A DNA stretch of 64,000 nt from Candidatus Falkowbacteria bacterium (GCA_003514005.1 DOSJ01000010.1:39425-103424); one strand, 5' to 3'; shown: positions 54,460-63,980, counted from the stretch's first letter. The notes: generated by a model from the sequence alone, not told the origin. Made by a program: numbers and translations.

Positions 54460-55911
54460 TCATTTAACCGTCTGCTGAATCTTTTGCGCGGCCAGATTTA
54501 CTGCTTCAGCTATCGGTTTTTGTCCGGAAACCACGCTGTCAATCATGTCTTTTATAATCATTTCCATAGCATTGGCATCGTGTCCGCGATACCAGCTTTT
54601 TGCCGTTAACAGCTGTTTGGCAAACATGCCCAGCTCCGGATCTTCACTTTGTTCCGGGATTAACGAACGCAAAGCTGTTGTCTTTTTTGTTTTGTCTAAA
54701 TATTTTTTTGCTTGCTTTTCTTCAGCCGCAAAACGGATAAAATCCCAGGCCGTATTTAGCTTTTGTTTGGCATAGTCATTGCCTTTTTGTAAATTCTCAG
54801 CATTAGTTAATATCTTACTGGACACGGTTTCTACCCAATAGTTGGCAAAATTAATGCTATATGCGCTATCTTCAATTTGCGGCATTCCCGCAAGCGCAAA
54901 GTTTAGCTTTGGCGCACGCGCCTTGATTTCCGGCAACATATAAGAATATCCGAACATAATCGCCAATTTATTATTTATAAACATGTCCAGCGATTTTTCC
55001 AACGTATTGTTCCAGCTGTAAACTTCTTTGGAAGGATTGGTAAAGTCCGTATAAAAACGCAAAGCATCCTGCCCGGGAAAATAATTCTTTTGCGTTGATG
55101 AGTTTGGCGCCTTATAAAACGTTACTTGATTCTTGTCCATCATTTCCGCCCCGCTCTGCATCATGAGTAATGCCAAGATATCGGAATACCTTTCAATATT
55201 ATCACTGCCGCCCAAGGCAACGCCGGACTGGATGATTTCACCTTTATTATTTTGCTTGGTAAGCTTTTTTACGTTCTGCTGAAATTCCCGATTCCAAAAA
55301 GCCGGAGCCGCAACTATGCCAGCATTGTTAAACAAATCTTTATTGTAATACATCGTCAACGTATCAACCGACAGAGGCAAAGCAAAAACCTGTTCTTTCG
55401 GTTGTTTTGTACTTTCATCAATAGTTGAGATAACTACGTCATCATAAACGGCATCAATAAAATCCGTTTTAACCTTGTTTGAGTTAACAACCGGTGAAGG
55501 GCGCAGTTCCCAGGTAACTTCTTTTTTTATACTCCCGCTGACAATCGGATAGGCCATGGTGATTTTTTCCGGCATCGCCGTGATCAATCCCTTTTCTTGA
55601 TACTTCCGCGTCCAGGAATTATGTATCGAAAAAATATCCGGGCCGCGGTCAGTTGCAAACGCTTCAATCAAAGCTTGCTCATATTCATCATATCTTAGCT
55701 TGCGATAGTTAATCTTTACAAAAGGATGCGCGGCAGTATAAGCGGCGATTATATCGGCAAAATCATCCGGACCATCCCAAACGCGCCAATAATTCAAGGT
55801 TACCGGCTGTATATATCGTTTTGTGGTATTATCCACACGATTCAATCCGCAACCAGTGATTGAAAAAAGAATTATGAATAAAACACAGAATGAAATAATC
55901 TTTTTTGCCAT
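54460..55911 (-). CDS. Sugar-type (family 1) extracellular solute-binding lipoprotein
   Basis: 483 aa. Lipobox ITGC and an SBP_bac_1-like body. No transporter partners are adjacent. Confidence 0.65.
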   Translation of the reverse strand: MAKKIISFCVLFIILFSITGCGLNRVDNTTKRYIQPVTLNYWRVWDGPDDFADIIAAYTAAHPFVKINYRKLRYDEYEQALIEAFATDRGPDIFSIHNSWTRKYQEKGLITAMPEKITMAYPIVSGSIKKEVTWELRPSPVVNSNKVKTDFIDAVYDDVVISTIDESTKQPKEQVFALPLSVDTLTMYYNKDLFNNAGIVAAPAFWNREFQQNVKKLTKQNNKGEIIQSGVALGGSDNIERYSDILALLMMQSGAEMMDKNQVTFYKAPNSSTQKNYFPGQDALRFYTDFTNPSKEVYSWNNTLEKSLDMFINNKLAIMFGYSYMLPEIKARAPKLNFALAGMPQIEDSAYSINFANYWVETVSSKILTNAENLQKGNDYAKQKLNTAWDFIRFAAEEKQAKKYLDKTKKTTALRSLIPEQSEDPELGMFAKQLLTAKSWYRGHDANAMEMIIKDMIDSVVSGQKPIAEAVNLAAQKIQQTVK

Positions 55912-56011
55912 AAATTTTTTATAAATTTGCCTAACGTGCAGTGCGCATATCTTTATATATTATAACACAAATAACTAAAATATAAAAAAATATAAAAAAT
56001 TTCTACTCTAG

Positions 56012-57532
56012 CTACATAATTTTCGGCCGATATTGCAGAGCCTCGGCAATGTGATGTGATTTTATTGCTTCTTCTTGTCCAAGATCGGCGATGGTTCTTG
56101 CTAGTTTTAAAATGCGAAAATATGCCCGAGCCGAAAGATGCATCTGATCAACCGCGTTTTTCAAAAGCTGTTTGGATATGCTGTCAACTTGGCAGAATGT
56201 TTTTACAGCCTCGGATGTCATCTCGGAATTGGCTGTAAAGCTAGAATTTTTAAATCTTTCACGCTGAACCTTACGCGCCTCTTCCACCCGCTCTTTAATA
56301 ACTGCCGACTTTTCACCATTAGCATCAGCAGAAAGCTTGTCAAACTTTACGCGCGGAACATCGATATGAATATCGATCCGATCTATAATCGGACCGGAAA
56401 TTTTTTTTGAATAATTTACAATCTGCGTCTGCGAGCAAATACATGTACGCTCATTGTCACCGTTGTATCCGCAGGGGCATGGGTTCATAGCCGCAATCAG
56501 AATAAATTTTGCCGGAAAACTCAAATTGCCGGCGGCGCGACTGACATGGATAATGCCATCCTCCAGTGGCTGGCGCAGATTCTCCAATACCTGCCGCGGA
56601 AATTCGGCAAACTCGTCCAAAAAAAGAACGCCGCGATGTGCTAATGATATTTCACCCGGCCGCGGCCAAGCGCCTCCACCGACAAGCGCCACACCGGACG
56701 CGGTATGATGCGGAGAACGAAAAGGCCGACTGGTAATCAAGGATTTGCTATTGGAAAGCTCGCCCGCAACGCTATATATTTTTGTAATCTCAAGCGCTTC
56801 GGCTAAATCCAGATTTGGCAGAATAGAGGGCATTGTCCGTGCAATTAATGTTTTGCCTGATCCGGGCGTTCCGCTCATCATCATATTATGAGCGCCAGCC
56901 GCGGCGATTTCCATGGCGCGCTTCACATGTTCTTGTCCGCGGATATGCGCCATATCAAACATAATTTCCACATTCTGAAAATCAAAATCACTTTCTTCCA
57001 TTTCTGAAATTAACTCCTTATCATTAATATGCCTAACAAGCTCTTTGATATTTTCCACCGGATAAACAGCGAGTTCTTTTACAAGCTTTGCCTCGCGCGC
57101 GTTTTCTTTGGGAACAAATACCGCACTCATGCCCGATTCCTTGGCTTTGATAGCGATCGGCAAAATGCCTTGAATCGGACGCAGATTGCCATTTAAGGCC
57201 AGCTCGCCGACGAACATTGTCTTTTCAATATCCAAGACCGGACTAATATGCCCTTGCATCAAAAGAATACTGATCGCAATCGGCAAATCATAGCTTGGAC
57301 CGTATTTGCGCAAATCTGCCGGCGCCAAATTTATAACCACTTTGTGTTTGGGAAAAGAATAGCCTGAATTCTTTATTGCCGTACGCACGCGTTCCCGCGA
57401 TTCGGAAACCGCCGCGTCCGGCAAACCGACAACAGCAAAAGACCCCAGCTGTCCACTACTGGTGTCTGACTCTACCTCCACGATTTCAGCATTCAAGCCG
57501 ATAACCGCCGCCGAAAGTACTTTTGACGACAT
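56012..57532 (-). CDS. Mg-chelatase-like AAA+ ATPase YifB/ComM family
   Basis: 506 aa. N-terminal Lon-like domain, Walker A GTPGSGKT, and the zinc-ribbon-like motif CPCGYNGD..CIC. Confidence 0.85.
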   Translation of the reverse strand: MSSKVLSAAVIGLNAEIVEVESDTSSGQLGSFAVVGLPDAAVSESRERVRTAIKNSGYSFPKHKVVINLAPADLRKYGPSYDLPIAISILLMQGHISPVLDIEKTMFVGELALNGNLRPIQGILPIAIKAKESGMSAVFVPKENAREAKLVKELAVYPVENIKELVRHINDKELISEMEESDFDFQNVEIMFDMAHIRGQEHVKRAMEIAAAGAHNMMMSGTPGSGKTLIARTMPSILPNLDLAEALEITKIYSVAGELSNSKSLITSRPFRSPHHTASGVALVGGGAWPRPGEISLAHRGVLFLDEFAEFPRQVLENLRQPLEDGIIHVSRAAGNLSFPAKFILIAAMNPCPCGYNGDNERTCICSQTQIVNYSKKISGPIIDRIDIHIDVPRVKFDKLSADANGEKSAVIKERVEEARKVQRERFKNSSFTANSEMTSEAVKTFCQVDSISKQLLKNAVDQMHLSARAYFRILKLARTIADLGQEEAIKSHHIAEALQYRPKIM

Positions 57533-57660
57533 AAATTTTATTGTAATTATTTAATGAGTATATTTAATATATTATATTGTACACCAAAACTAAGTATTTT
57601 AAAAATAGTTGACTATAAATTACAAGAATAAATTTTAATTTTTAATTCTAAAACATATTT

Positions 57661-57848
57661 TTTAACTTAGGCCAAAAATAAATAATTGATTTTTATTAAA
57701 TTACTGCTTGAAGCGGATCATATTACCTACTCGAATGTTTATGTATGAATCTAACTATAATCCAATCCTCTGCTTATGCGCTTTTTCTGAGCTGAGCTTA
57801 ATTTAATGAAAATCAATTATTTATTTTTGGCCGATACGGATGTAAAAT
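57661..57848 (+). repeat. 188-bp palindromic element, copy 3 of 3
   Basis: See 12655-12842. Confidence 0.8.
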
Positions 57849-57952
57849 GTCCACAAGATATGTAAAAAATCATTTTGTATAGTGAATTCTTAATCAAAAA
57901 ACTCCCCCTGGGTACGAAGGAGTTTTTTGAAAGAAGGGGTTATGTGAAAATA

Positions 57953-59353
57953 CTAGCTTAATTTGTGATCATCCTTGTCCTTTTCGTTCTGCTCGCGTCT
58001 TTCTTTGATCAATTCGCGGTTGACCCAAAAAATCCAAGCAATAACCATAAACAAGAAAACAATAAATATCACCAAGTTCATTTTAAGCTTACCTTGTTGT
58101 TCTTTGCTTTCATTAACCAAGCCCTTTTCCTGAGACGATGTTCCATTACCATCTGTATTTAAAATATCTTTAATATCCTGATTAGCTTCTTCGCTTGTAG
58201 TCTTATCCTCTTTTGCATCAGCATCAGCATCAACAACATCATCAGCCTTTTTCTCTTCGGTCTCTTTTACTGCTTCGGGTTTGTCGGTTTTTTTCACTTC
58301 TTCTCCCTGTGTCTGTTCTGTTTCCTTTTTAACATCCTGCTCCTCGCCTTTTACGGCCAGGTCAGAAGCAACCCGTCCGACATTAAAATAAAAAATATTT
58401 GACCAAACACTTTCCTTTCCGCGCGCATCAACCGCTGTTGCGTAAATCATGTGTCTGCCTTCTGTAAGCGGTAAAAACGGTTTGTAATTAAAGTGGGCTG
58501 TTCCGGAAATATGAGCGCCAACCAAAAATTCTCCATTCAACTTTTTATCAACAAACACTCTGATTTTAGAATTATTTTTTGCCACGCCGGCAATAAACGG
58601 CTGGTTAGCATTAGTATTGCCATTAACAACTGTTGCTAATATAGTCGGCGCCGGATTTGGATTTTCTATGCGAAAATGTAGAACATTAGACGCGCCACTA
58701 ATCCTTCCGCTCGCGTCCTCTGTCTTTGCCCAAGCAGTATGCCATCCCGGCTCCAAATTCAAGAAAGGAACATATTTAAAATTCGCTGTTCCGGATTCAT
58801 GCTGTAAATAATCGGTCTTGCCATTGTACTTGCCGTCAATAAAAAGATGCACAAAAGTATTATTAACTGTAAGACCGGTAATAAATGGCTTAACTTTTCC
58901 GGTGATAGTTTTTTCATCCGGCTGGATCAAAGTTGGTGCCGGAAGAGAATTGATTGAAAAATGATATTCGTTGGAAACATTTGAAAGTCGAAGTGAAGTT
59001 TTGTCTTTCGCTATTACCGTAACGCTATGAGTCCCCTCTTTCAAATCTTGCTTGATTTGATAATAAAAATTATCAGTACCGGTTTGCTCGCGATTAATCT
59101 CTGCGTTCCCCTCATAAACTCCGTTCAAATATACCATTACCTCAGAATTTTCCGGACTAAGCCCAAGCACCAAAGGCTGGTTGGCATCCTCTGAGCCATC
59201 TTGATCAACACCGGTAATAAGCGGATCTCTGGTTGTTTCAATCGCAAAAACGCCGCTTAAACCAATATTAAAAAAAACAATTAACAACAAAGAACAAAAA
59301 AACCGTTTTTGATATTTTTTCATATTTCCCTTCTGTTTTCCTCCAAAAAACAT
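57953..59353 (-). CDS. Surface protein with three ~90-aa Ig-like repeats, an acidic/Lys-rich linker and a C-terminal TM anchor
   Basis: 466 aa. Signal peptide, then repeats ending HFSI / HFRI / YFNV, then the helix MNLVIFIVFLFMVIAWIFWV near the C-terminus. Confidence 0.65.
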   Translation of the reverse strand: MFFGGKQKGNMKKYQKRFFCSLLLIVFFNIGLSGVFAIETTRDPLITGVDQDGSEDANQPLVLGLSPENSEVMVYLNGVYEGNAEINREQTGTDNFYYQIKQDLKEGTHSVTVIAKDKTSLRLSNVSNEYHFSINSLPAPTLIQPDEKTITGKVKPFITGLTVNNTFVHLFIDGKYNGKTDYLQHESGTANFKYVPFLNLEPGWHTAWAKTEDASGRISGASNVLHFRIENPNPAPTILATVVNGNTNANQPFIAGVAKNNSKIRVFVDKKLNGEFLVGAHISGTAHFNYKPFLPLTEGRHMIYATAVDARGKESVWSNIFYFNVGRVASDLAVKGEEQDVKKETEQTQGEEVKKTDKPEAVKETEEKKADDVVDADADAKEDKTTSEEANQDIKDILNTDGNGTSSQEKGLVNESKEQQGKLKMNLVIFIVFLFMVIAWIFWVNRELIKERREQNEKDKDDHKLS

Positions 59354-59542
59354 TTATTATTAGTTTCTATTTTTTAAATTTTTAATAAAAAAGTGATAAC
59401 ATTAAAATAACATTATCACCTTATACTATTGCCCTGCCTTAAGTCAAGTTCATATTCCGTTCATAAACTGTGTCTAAACCCATAATATTTGTGGAAAACA
59501 CAGTGGAAAAGCAATGAATAACTATTTAATACTATTTATTTT

Positions 59543-59902
59543 TCATACTATATCTTTATAATGTTTAATATAAGCGACTTTTTTAATTTTATCTATATCC
59601 ACAGCAATCAAATCAAGGCGAATATTTTCATGAAAAATATTATTTTTGCTAAGATAACAGCAAACCGCACGGTTCAAATTACCGGTCTTTTTTGAATTAA
59701 CCGCTTCATCTGCCGTACCATAACGATCACTTGTCCGAGTCTTTACTTCGATAAAAACAATTTTTTCTTTAAAATTAGCAATAATATCAATTTCCAAATG
59801 ACTAAAACGATAATTTCGCTCAATAACCACATAACCATGCCTGCACAAATAATTACAAGCCAGATCCTCGCCATAATCCCCAATAATTTTATTTTTATAC
59901 AT
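59543..59902 (-). CDS. YraN family (UPF0102) endonuclease-like protein
   Basis: 119 aa. GEDLACNYLCRHGYVVIERNYR..EIDIIA...FIEVKTR. Confidence 0.75.
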   Translation of the reverse strand: MYKNKIIGDYGEDLACNYLCRHGYVVIERNYRFSHLEIDIIANFKEKIVFIEVKTRTSDRYGTADEAVNSKKTGNLNRAVCCYLSKNNIFHENIRLDLIAVDIDKIKKVAYIKHYKDIV

Positions 59903-60108
59903 GTGGTTGTGATATTAAAAGTTTCCTTTTCTATGTGTATTACTAGTTTTTTTATATACCTGATTCTATGAACAAACACGAAAAAAACGAAAAAATACGA
60001 AAAAAACGAAAATAATGAATTATATTATATAAAAAAAGCTCAACTATTTTTTGTTAAGCTTTTCGGTATGTTTAATAACTAACTCATCTTTCGTGTTATT
60101 CTAAAAAA

Positions 60109-60495
60109 TTAAGGTATGTATTTTTTAAATTCATCTTCCTTTATCCTTTGTTCTTTAATCTTGGGTATTTCTTTAACTATTCTCAAAATAAAACCTAGCC
60201 AAATTGCCATGCCGATCCACCACAGTAAAAACCAAAATCGCATTGATAAGAAAGGCAACAATTCATAGGCAAAAAAGAACAAAATCAATCCGATAATAAA
60301 ATTACTGATACTAAAAAAATATAATTTTTGCCAGATCCGATTATAAAGATTTCGTTTTTTGTTTTTTAACAAAACAAAAAAGACCGTAGCCGCAAACAAA
60401 ACAACCAACAATCCGATAATTGAAATCATAGCGCCACGCGTCAAAATACCCGGCTGCATATTAAACCACATTTTTAATGTAAAAAGATTACCCAT
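60109..60495 (-). CDS. Hypothetical membrane protein (4 TM)
   Basis: 128 aa and hydrophobic. No recognisable family. Confidence 0.5.
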   Translation of the reverse strand: MGNLFTLKMWFNMQPGILTRGAMISIIGLLVVLFAATVFFVLLKNKKRNLYNRIWQKLYFFSISNFIIGLILFFFAYELLPFLSMRFWFLLWWIGMAIWLGFILRIVKEIPKIKEQRIKEDEFKKYIP

Positions 60496-60516
60496 AATTT
60501 TTCAAACAAACTTACG

Positions 60517-60688
60517 AGACATTCTAAAATATATTTAATTATTTTTTAAAATTACTCGCCTTTACGTTATTACTACTAGCTTTCATATTAAAGTAATGAA
60601 TAAAATGTCTTATCTTGTATAGCCATTTAAATTTTAAAAGTTTAAAGGCTTAATTTTAAAAAATAATTAAATATATTTCAGAATGTCA
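60517..60688. repeat. Long AT-rich inverted repeat (about 36-bp arms, about 97-nt centre), architecture like the 188-bp family
   Basis: CATTCTAAAATATATTTAATTATTTTTTAAAATTA ... TAATTTTAAAAAATAATTAAATATATTTCAGAATG, with one mismatch between the arms. Confidence 0.7.
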
Positions 60689-60801
60689 ATACTGCGTAAG
60701 GTTGAATATTATTTTTCAACTTATACTACCAATACTAATGGCTTGCGTAAAAAAATGCAAGTCATTTTAAATAATTCATATTTTACATTGTGCCCGTACC
60801 T

Positions 60802-61356
60802 CTACATCTTGGTAAATAGCAAGCCATAATGATAAGGACCAGCTAAAAACTCTTCATCAAATTTAAAACCCAAGTTTTTCGCGCCATTGATTATCAATTC
60901 CTTTTTCACGCGCTCTTCCGCCGGTGGCCCAAATGGAATATTTAGGTTTTGCCAATCAACCACAATCAAACTGCCGTCCCGCTTTAGCATGCGCGCCGCC
61001 TCCCGAATAATTTCCAATCGCTTGTGCGATAAAAACAGCGTATTAATCAAAAAGGTAATGTCCAAGCAGGATGATTCTATTTTCGTGGCATTAAAAACCT
61101 CGAGATTACTCCATACCGTCGTTACATTAGCCGCTCTTTCAATTTTTACACGACGCGCAATCGACTCCAATGCAATCTTTAAAATATCCACTGCATAAAC
61201 CCTTCCATGTTTGCCGACCGCCTTGGATAATGGAAAAACAAAATGCCCGGAAGTACCGCAACCCAAATCAGCCACAACCTTATTCGGACCAACCCCCGCT
61301 TTTTTCAAAATATAGTCCACATCCAACAAAATATTTCCACCATTGATATTAACCAT
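60802..61356 (-). CDS. Class I SAM-dependent methyltransferase
   Basis: 184 aa with motif I VADLGCGTSGH. Confidence 0.65.
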   Translation of the reverse strand: MVNINGGNILLDVDYILKKAGVGPNKVVADLGCGTSGHFVFPLSKAVGKHGRVYAVDILKIALESIARRVKIERAANVTTVWSNLEVFNATKIESSCLDITFLINTLFLSHKRLEIIREAARMLKRDGSLIVVDWQNLNIPFGPPAEERVKKELIINGAKNLGFKFDEEFLAGPYHYGLLFTKM

Positions 61357-61460
61357 AATAATAATTTTAATTTTAAATTTAATTATCTATATTATAATTT
61401 ATTTTGGACATATTAACAAGCAACAAAGCTTCTTCCGAAAATTTTCAGATAAAATCTTTT

Positions 61461-61611
61461 TGTCATTCCCGACACTCCTTGCCCCCGGCAGGGAATAGAT
61501 ATTAAATGATCGGGAATCCAGGGATAATAGATTCAAATATCTTAACAAGTTAGCCTAATTTAAAACATTAAGTGCTTTTCCTACTGGATTCCCGCCTTCG
61601 CGGGAATGACA
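61461..61611. mobile_element. MITE-like element, copy 8 (degenerate left end)
   Basis: TGTCATTCCCGACACTCC... at the left and TGGATTCCCGCCTTCGCGGGAATGACA at the right. Confidence 0.6.
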
Positions 61612-61667
61612 AGAGGAGAACAGTGTTTAATATTTACCCGCAAAAATGTCGGAAAACAATAAAAAAA

Positions 61668-61695
61668 CAAAAACTTTGTTATAACAAAGTTTTTG
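61668..61695. terminator. Perfect palindromic hairpin downstream of trxB
   Basis: CAAAAACTTTGTTAT / ATAACAAAGTTTTTG. Confidence 0.6.
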
Positions 61696-61749
61696 TACTT
61701 CAAATATCATTTTGCATTTTGAGATTTACATTTTAATTTAACCACAATA

Positions 61750-62712
61750 CTACTGACTCTTCTCAACTAAACTGCGATCATAAACCATCTGCTCGCCTTT
61801 GCCCTGTTTTAACTGCAGATACTGATACGCGGCCAAAGCCGCGACAGTCGCGTCCCCCATCGCAATCGTTATCTGTTTAAAGTTTCCGGCAGTAACATCC
61901 CCGGCCGCAAACATCCCCGGTGTCTTGGTTGTACGGCGCGGACCCGCTATTATTTGTTTTGTCTCGTCACGCTCCACTAAATCCGCGACTAAATCAGTAT
62001 GCGCGATTCTTCCGATTTCCACAAAAACACCATCAACCAAAATTTCTTTTTCAACATTATTTTGCTTATCCAATATTTTAATTTTTTCTACTTTGTCCTT
62101 ACCGCTAATTTCCAATATTTCCGAATTTAAAACCAGTTCTATGTTCTCCTTGTTTTTAACTTCATTAATCAATGCTTCAAAAGCCTTAAACTCTTCCCGC
62201 CGATGCACAAGATAAACCTTTTTTGCAATCTTTGACATAATTTCCGCTGCATCCAAGGCTGCATTTCCACCGCCGGCAACAGCCACGATTTTATCGCGAT
62301 AAAAAGGCCCGTCGCAATTTGCGCAATACGATACGCCCTTGCCGCCAAATTCGCTTTCGCCAGGAATACCAAGCCGCCGTGGAATCAAGCCCATAGCAAT
62401 AATCACTGTTTTTGTCTCAAATTTCTCTTTTTCCGTATACAGAACGAAGGAGTCGTCTGCTAAATGCTCAATTTTTTTAACCTCGCTAATTTTGATTTCC
62501 ACACCCAATCCGCTTACCTGCTCTTGCATTTTTGAAATCAATTCATAACTATCGATTTTTTTAAACCCCGGATAATTTTCAATTTCCGAAGCCAAGGCCA
62601 CTTGCCCACCCGGCTCTTTAGCAATTACCAAAGTTTTCATTTCCCGACGCGCGGCATAAATTGCAGCCGTAAAACCTGCCGGCCCGGCGCCGATTATTAT
62701 AGTATCATACAT
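61750..62712 (-). CDS. trxB: Thioredoxin-disulfide reductase
   Basis: 320 aa. FAD motif IIGAGPAG, redox CxxC motif CANC, NADPH motif GGGNAA. Confidence 0.9.
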   Translation of the reverse strand: MYDTIIIGAGPAGFTAAIYAARREMKTLVIAKEPGGQVALASEIENYPGFKKIDSYELISKMQEQVSGLGVEIKISEVKKIEHLADDSFVLYTEKEKFETKTVIIAMGLIPRRLGIPGESEFGGKGVSYCANCDGPFYRDKIVAVAGGGNAALDAAEIMSKIAKKVYLVHRREEFKAFEALINEVKNKENIELVLNSEILEISGKDKVEKIKILDKQNNVEKEILVDGVFVEIGRIAHTDLVADLVERDETKQIIAGPRRTTKTPGMFAAGDVTAGNFKQITIAMGDATVAALAAYQYLQLKQGKGEQMVYDRSLVEKSQ

Positions 62713-62838
62713 ATTTTTTAAATATTATTTTATAAACAAAGTATCACCATCTAAGCACAGCACATCTCAACATTATCAACACTTATCCCCGATTTATACA
62801 CACAAACTTTAAATTTAATATTAGCCATTTGGACACAT

Positions 62839-62863
62839 TCTGTCCACGTTTCTGTGGACTTAT
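62839..62863 (-). promoter_or_regulatory. 25-nt motif copy B2 (ATAAGTCCA-CAG-AAAC-GTGGAC-AGA)
   Basis: Read on the minus strand; about 130 nt upstream of the trxB start. Confidence 0.6.
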
Positions 62864-62884
62864 CCCCTAGTGCACTATTTTATT

Positions 62885-62909
62885 TAAGTCCACGTTTTTT
62901 TAGACTTAT
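62885..62909 (-). promoter_or_regulatory. 25-nt motif copy B1 (ATAAGTCTA-AAA-AAAC-GTGGAC-TTA)
   Basis: Read on the minus strand; 46 nt upstream of copy B2. Confidence 0.6.
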
Positions 62910-63082
62910 CTTTAGTATCGTTAAATAAAATTAATTTTCTCAGTTTAAAAAATTACTTCCACATAGAACTTTTTTTCTTACTATATCTTACGTCCTTGTT
63001 ATTTATTATAAAGGATTTGAAATAAAAAGACAATCAGTATGTTTTATAAAATTATTTTACTCACTTTACACACACCATATAG

Positions 63083-63176
63083 CAGGGATTTATAAGATTT
63101 ATATGATTTTTTTCTTTTGGGAATAGGTAAAATAAAAATCTAAAAAAGAACCATATAAATCTTATAAATCCCTGCA
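63083..63176. repeat. Inverted repeat with about 26-bp arms
   Basis: GCAGGGATTTATAAGATTTATATGATT ... AACCATATAAATCTTATAAATCCCTGC. Confidence 0.65.
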
Positions 63177-63311
63177 AAAACAAACAGTAATATTCAGTAG
63201 ACGGGAAATTTATTATTTGTTGTGTAGTTAGAGTTAACAAAATGAGAAATATTATTATATTATAAAAATGATTCGAGTCTTTCTTGTGATCTAAAAATCT
63301 CCAAAAGGGGA

Positions 63312-63333
63312 TTCTTCATTTGTATGGACTATA
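63312..63333 (-). pseudogene. Duplicated 3' fragment of tRNA-Ala (T-loop to acceptor end)
   Basis: TATGGACTATAGGGGACTCGAA versus TGTGGACCATAAGGGACTCGAA at the 3' end of the intact gene (19 of 22 identical). It has no matching 5' half. Confidence 0.5.
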
Positions 63334-63513
63334 GGGGACTCGAATGGCCAAGACCAATTTCCATCAATCCAATTAATTTTGCTTGTCGTCATTATTTTTT
63401 CTTTCTACATGACTTTACCACAAGTCCAGTATAATCAGTATGGCTTGAATCATCCTTATAATCAACTTATAAAATTACCCCGTCTTTCGCGAAAGGCGGG
63501 GTAATTTTATATG

Positions 63514-63587
63514 TGGACCATAAGGGACTCGAACCCTTGACCTCTTGCATGCCATGCAAGCACTCTAGCCAACTGAGCTAATGGCCC
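63514..63587 (-). tRNA. tRNA-Ala (anticodon GGC)
   Basis: The minus strand reads GGGCCATTAGCTCAGTTGGCTAGAGTGCTTGCATGGCATGCAAGAGGTCAAGGGTTCGAGTCCCTTATGGTCCA. The G3:U70 identity pair is present. Confidence 0.85.
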
Positions 63588-63980
63588 ATTTATTAAACAA
63601 TTATATAGCTTTAAAAATTATTTTCTGTTTTTTTTACTTCCTTGTCTTTATAGTTTATTCGCTGATTTACGCGGATGTAAACGCGGATTGACGCAGAAAA
63701 TGTATTTAATAACTAATTTTTAATTATTAGTTCTTTGTGGAACTGTTTTGAATATTTTTTTGTGGGTGGGGCGATAGTTAATAATCTCTAATGACGTGCT
63801 TTAAATAATTACCTAAATAGGGGACAGACTATATTTAATTATTCTCATCAGTAATAATCTGACTTAATTCAGCTAATATTAGGCTTAAATATAAATTTTA
63901 TATTTATATTCTACAAATACATTCAATATTAGCTAAAAATACATCTTATATTTAATATAAGCCACTATTTTCAATAACTG

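Noticed and set aside
55829-55837. Isolated TTATCCACA and TTTTCCACA DnaA-box matches at 55829 (inside the sugar-binding protein gene) and 49491 (rpsF leader)
   Set aside because: Single 9-mer matches are expected about once per window at this composition. Only the clustered boxes at 24.9 kb were treated as meaningful.
12655-57848. The three 188-bp copies as template and variable repeats of a diversity-generating retroelement
   Set aside because: Differences between copies are not restricted to adenine positions. The copies are intergenic rather than at the 3' end of a target gene, and no reverse transcriptase is present.
7047-61611. Possibility that the recurring GTCATTCCCGCG..GGGAATC repeat is a CRISPR array
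   Set aside because: The copies occur as inverted pairs 20-90 bp apart, and the pairs are kilobases from each other. There is no regular repeat-spacer periodicity and no cas genes.
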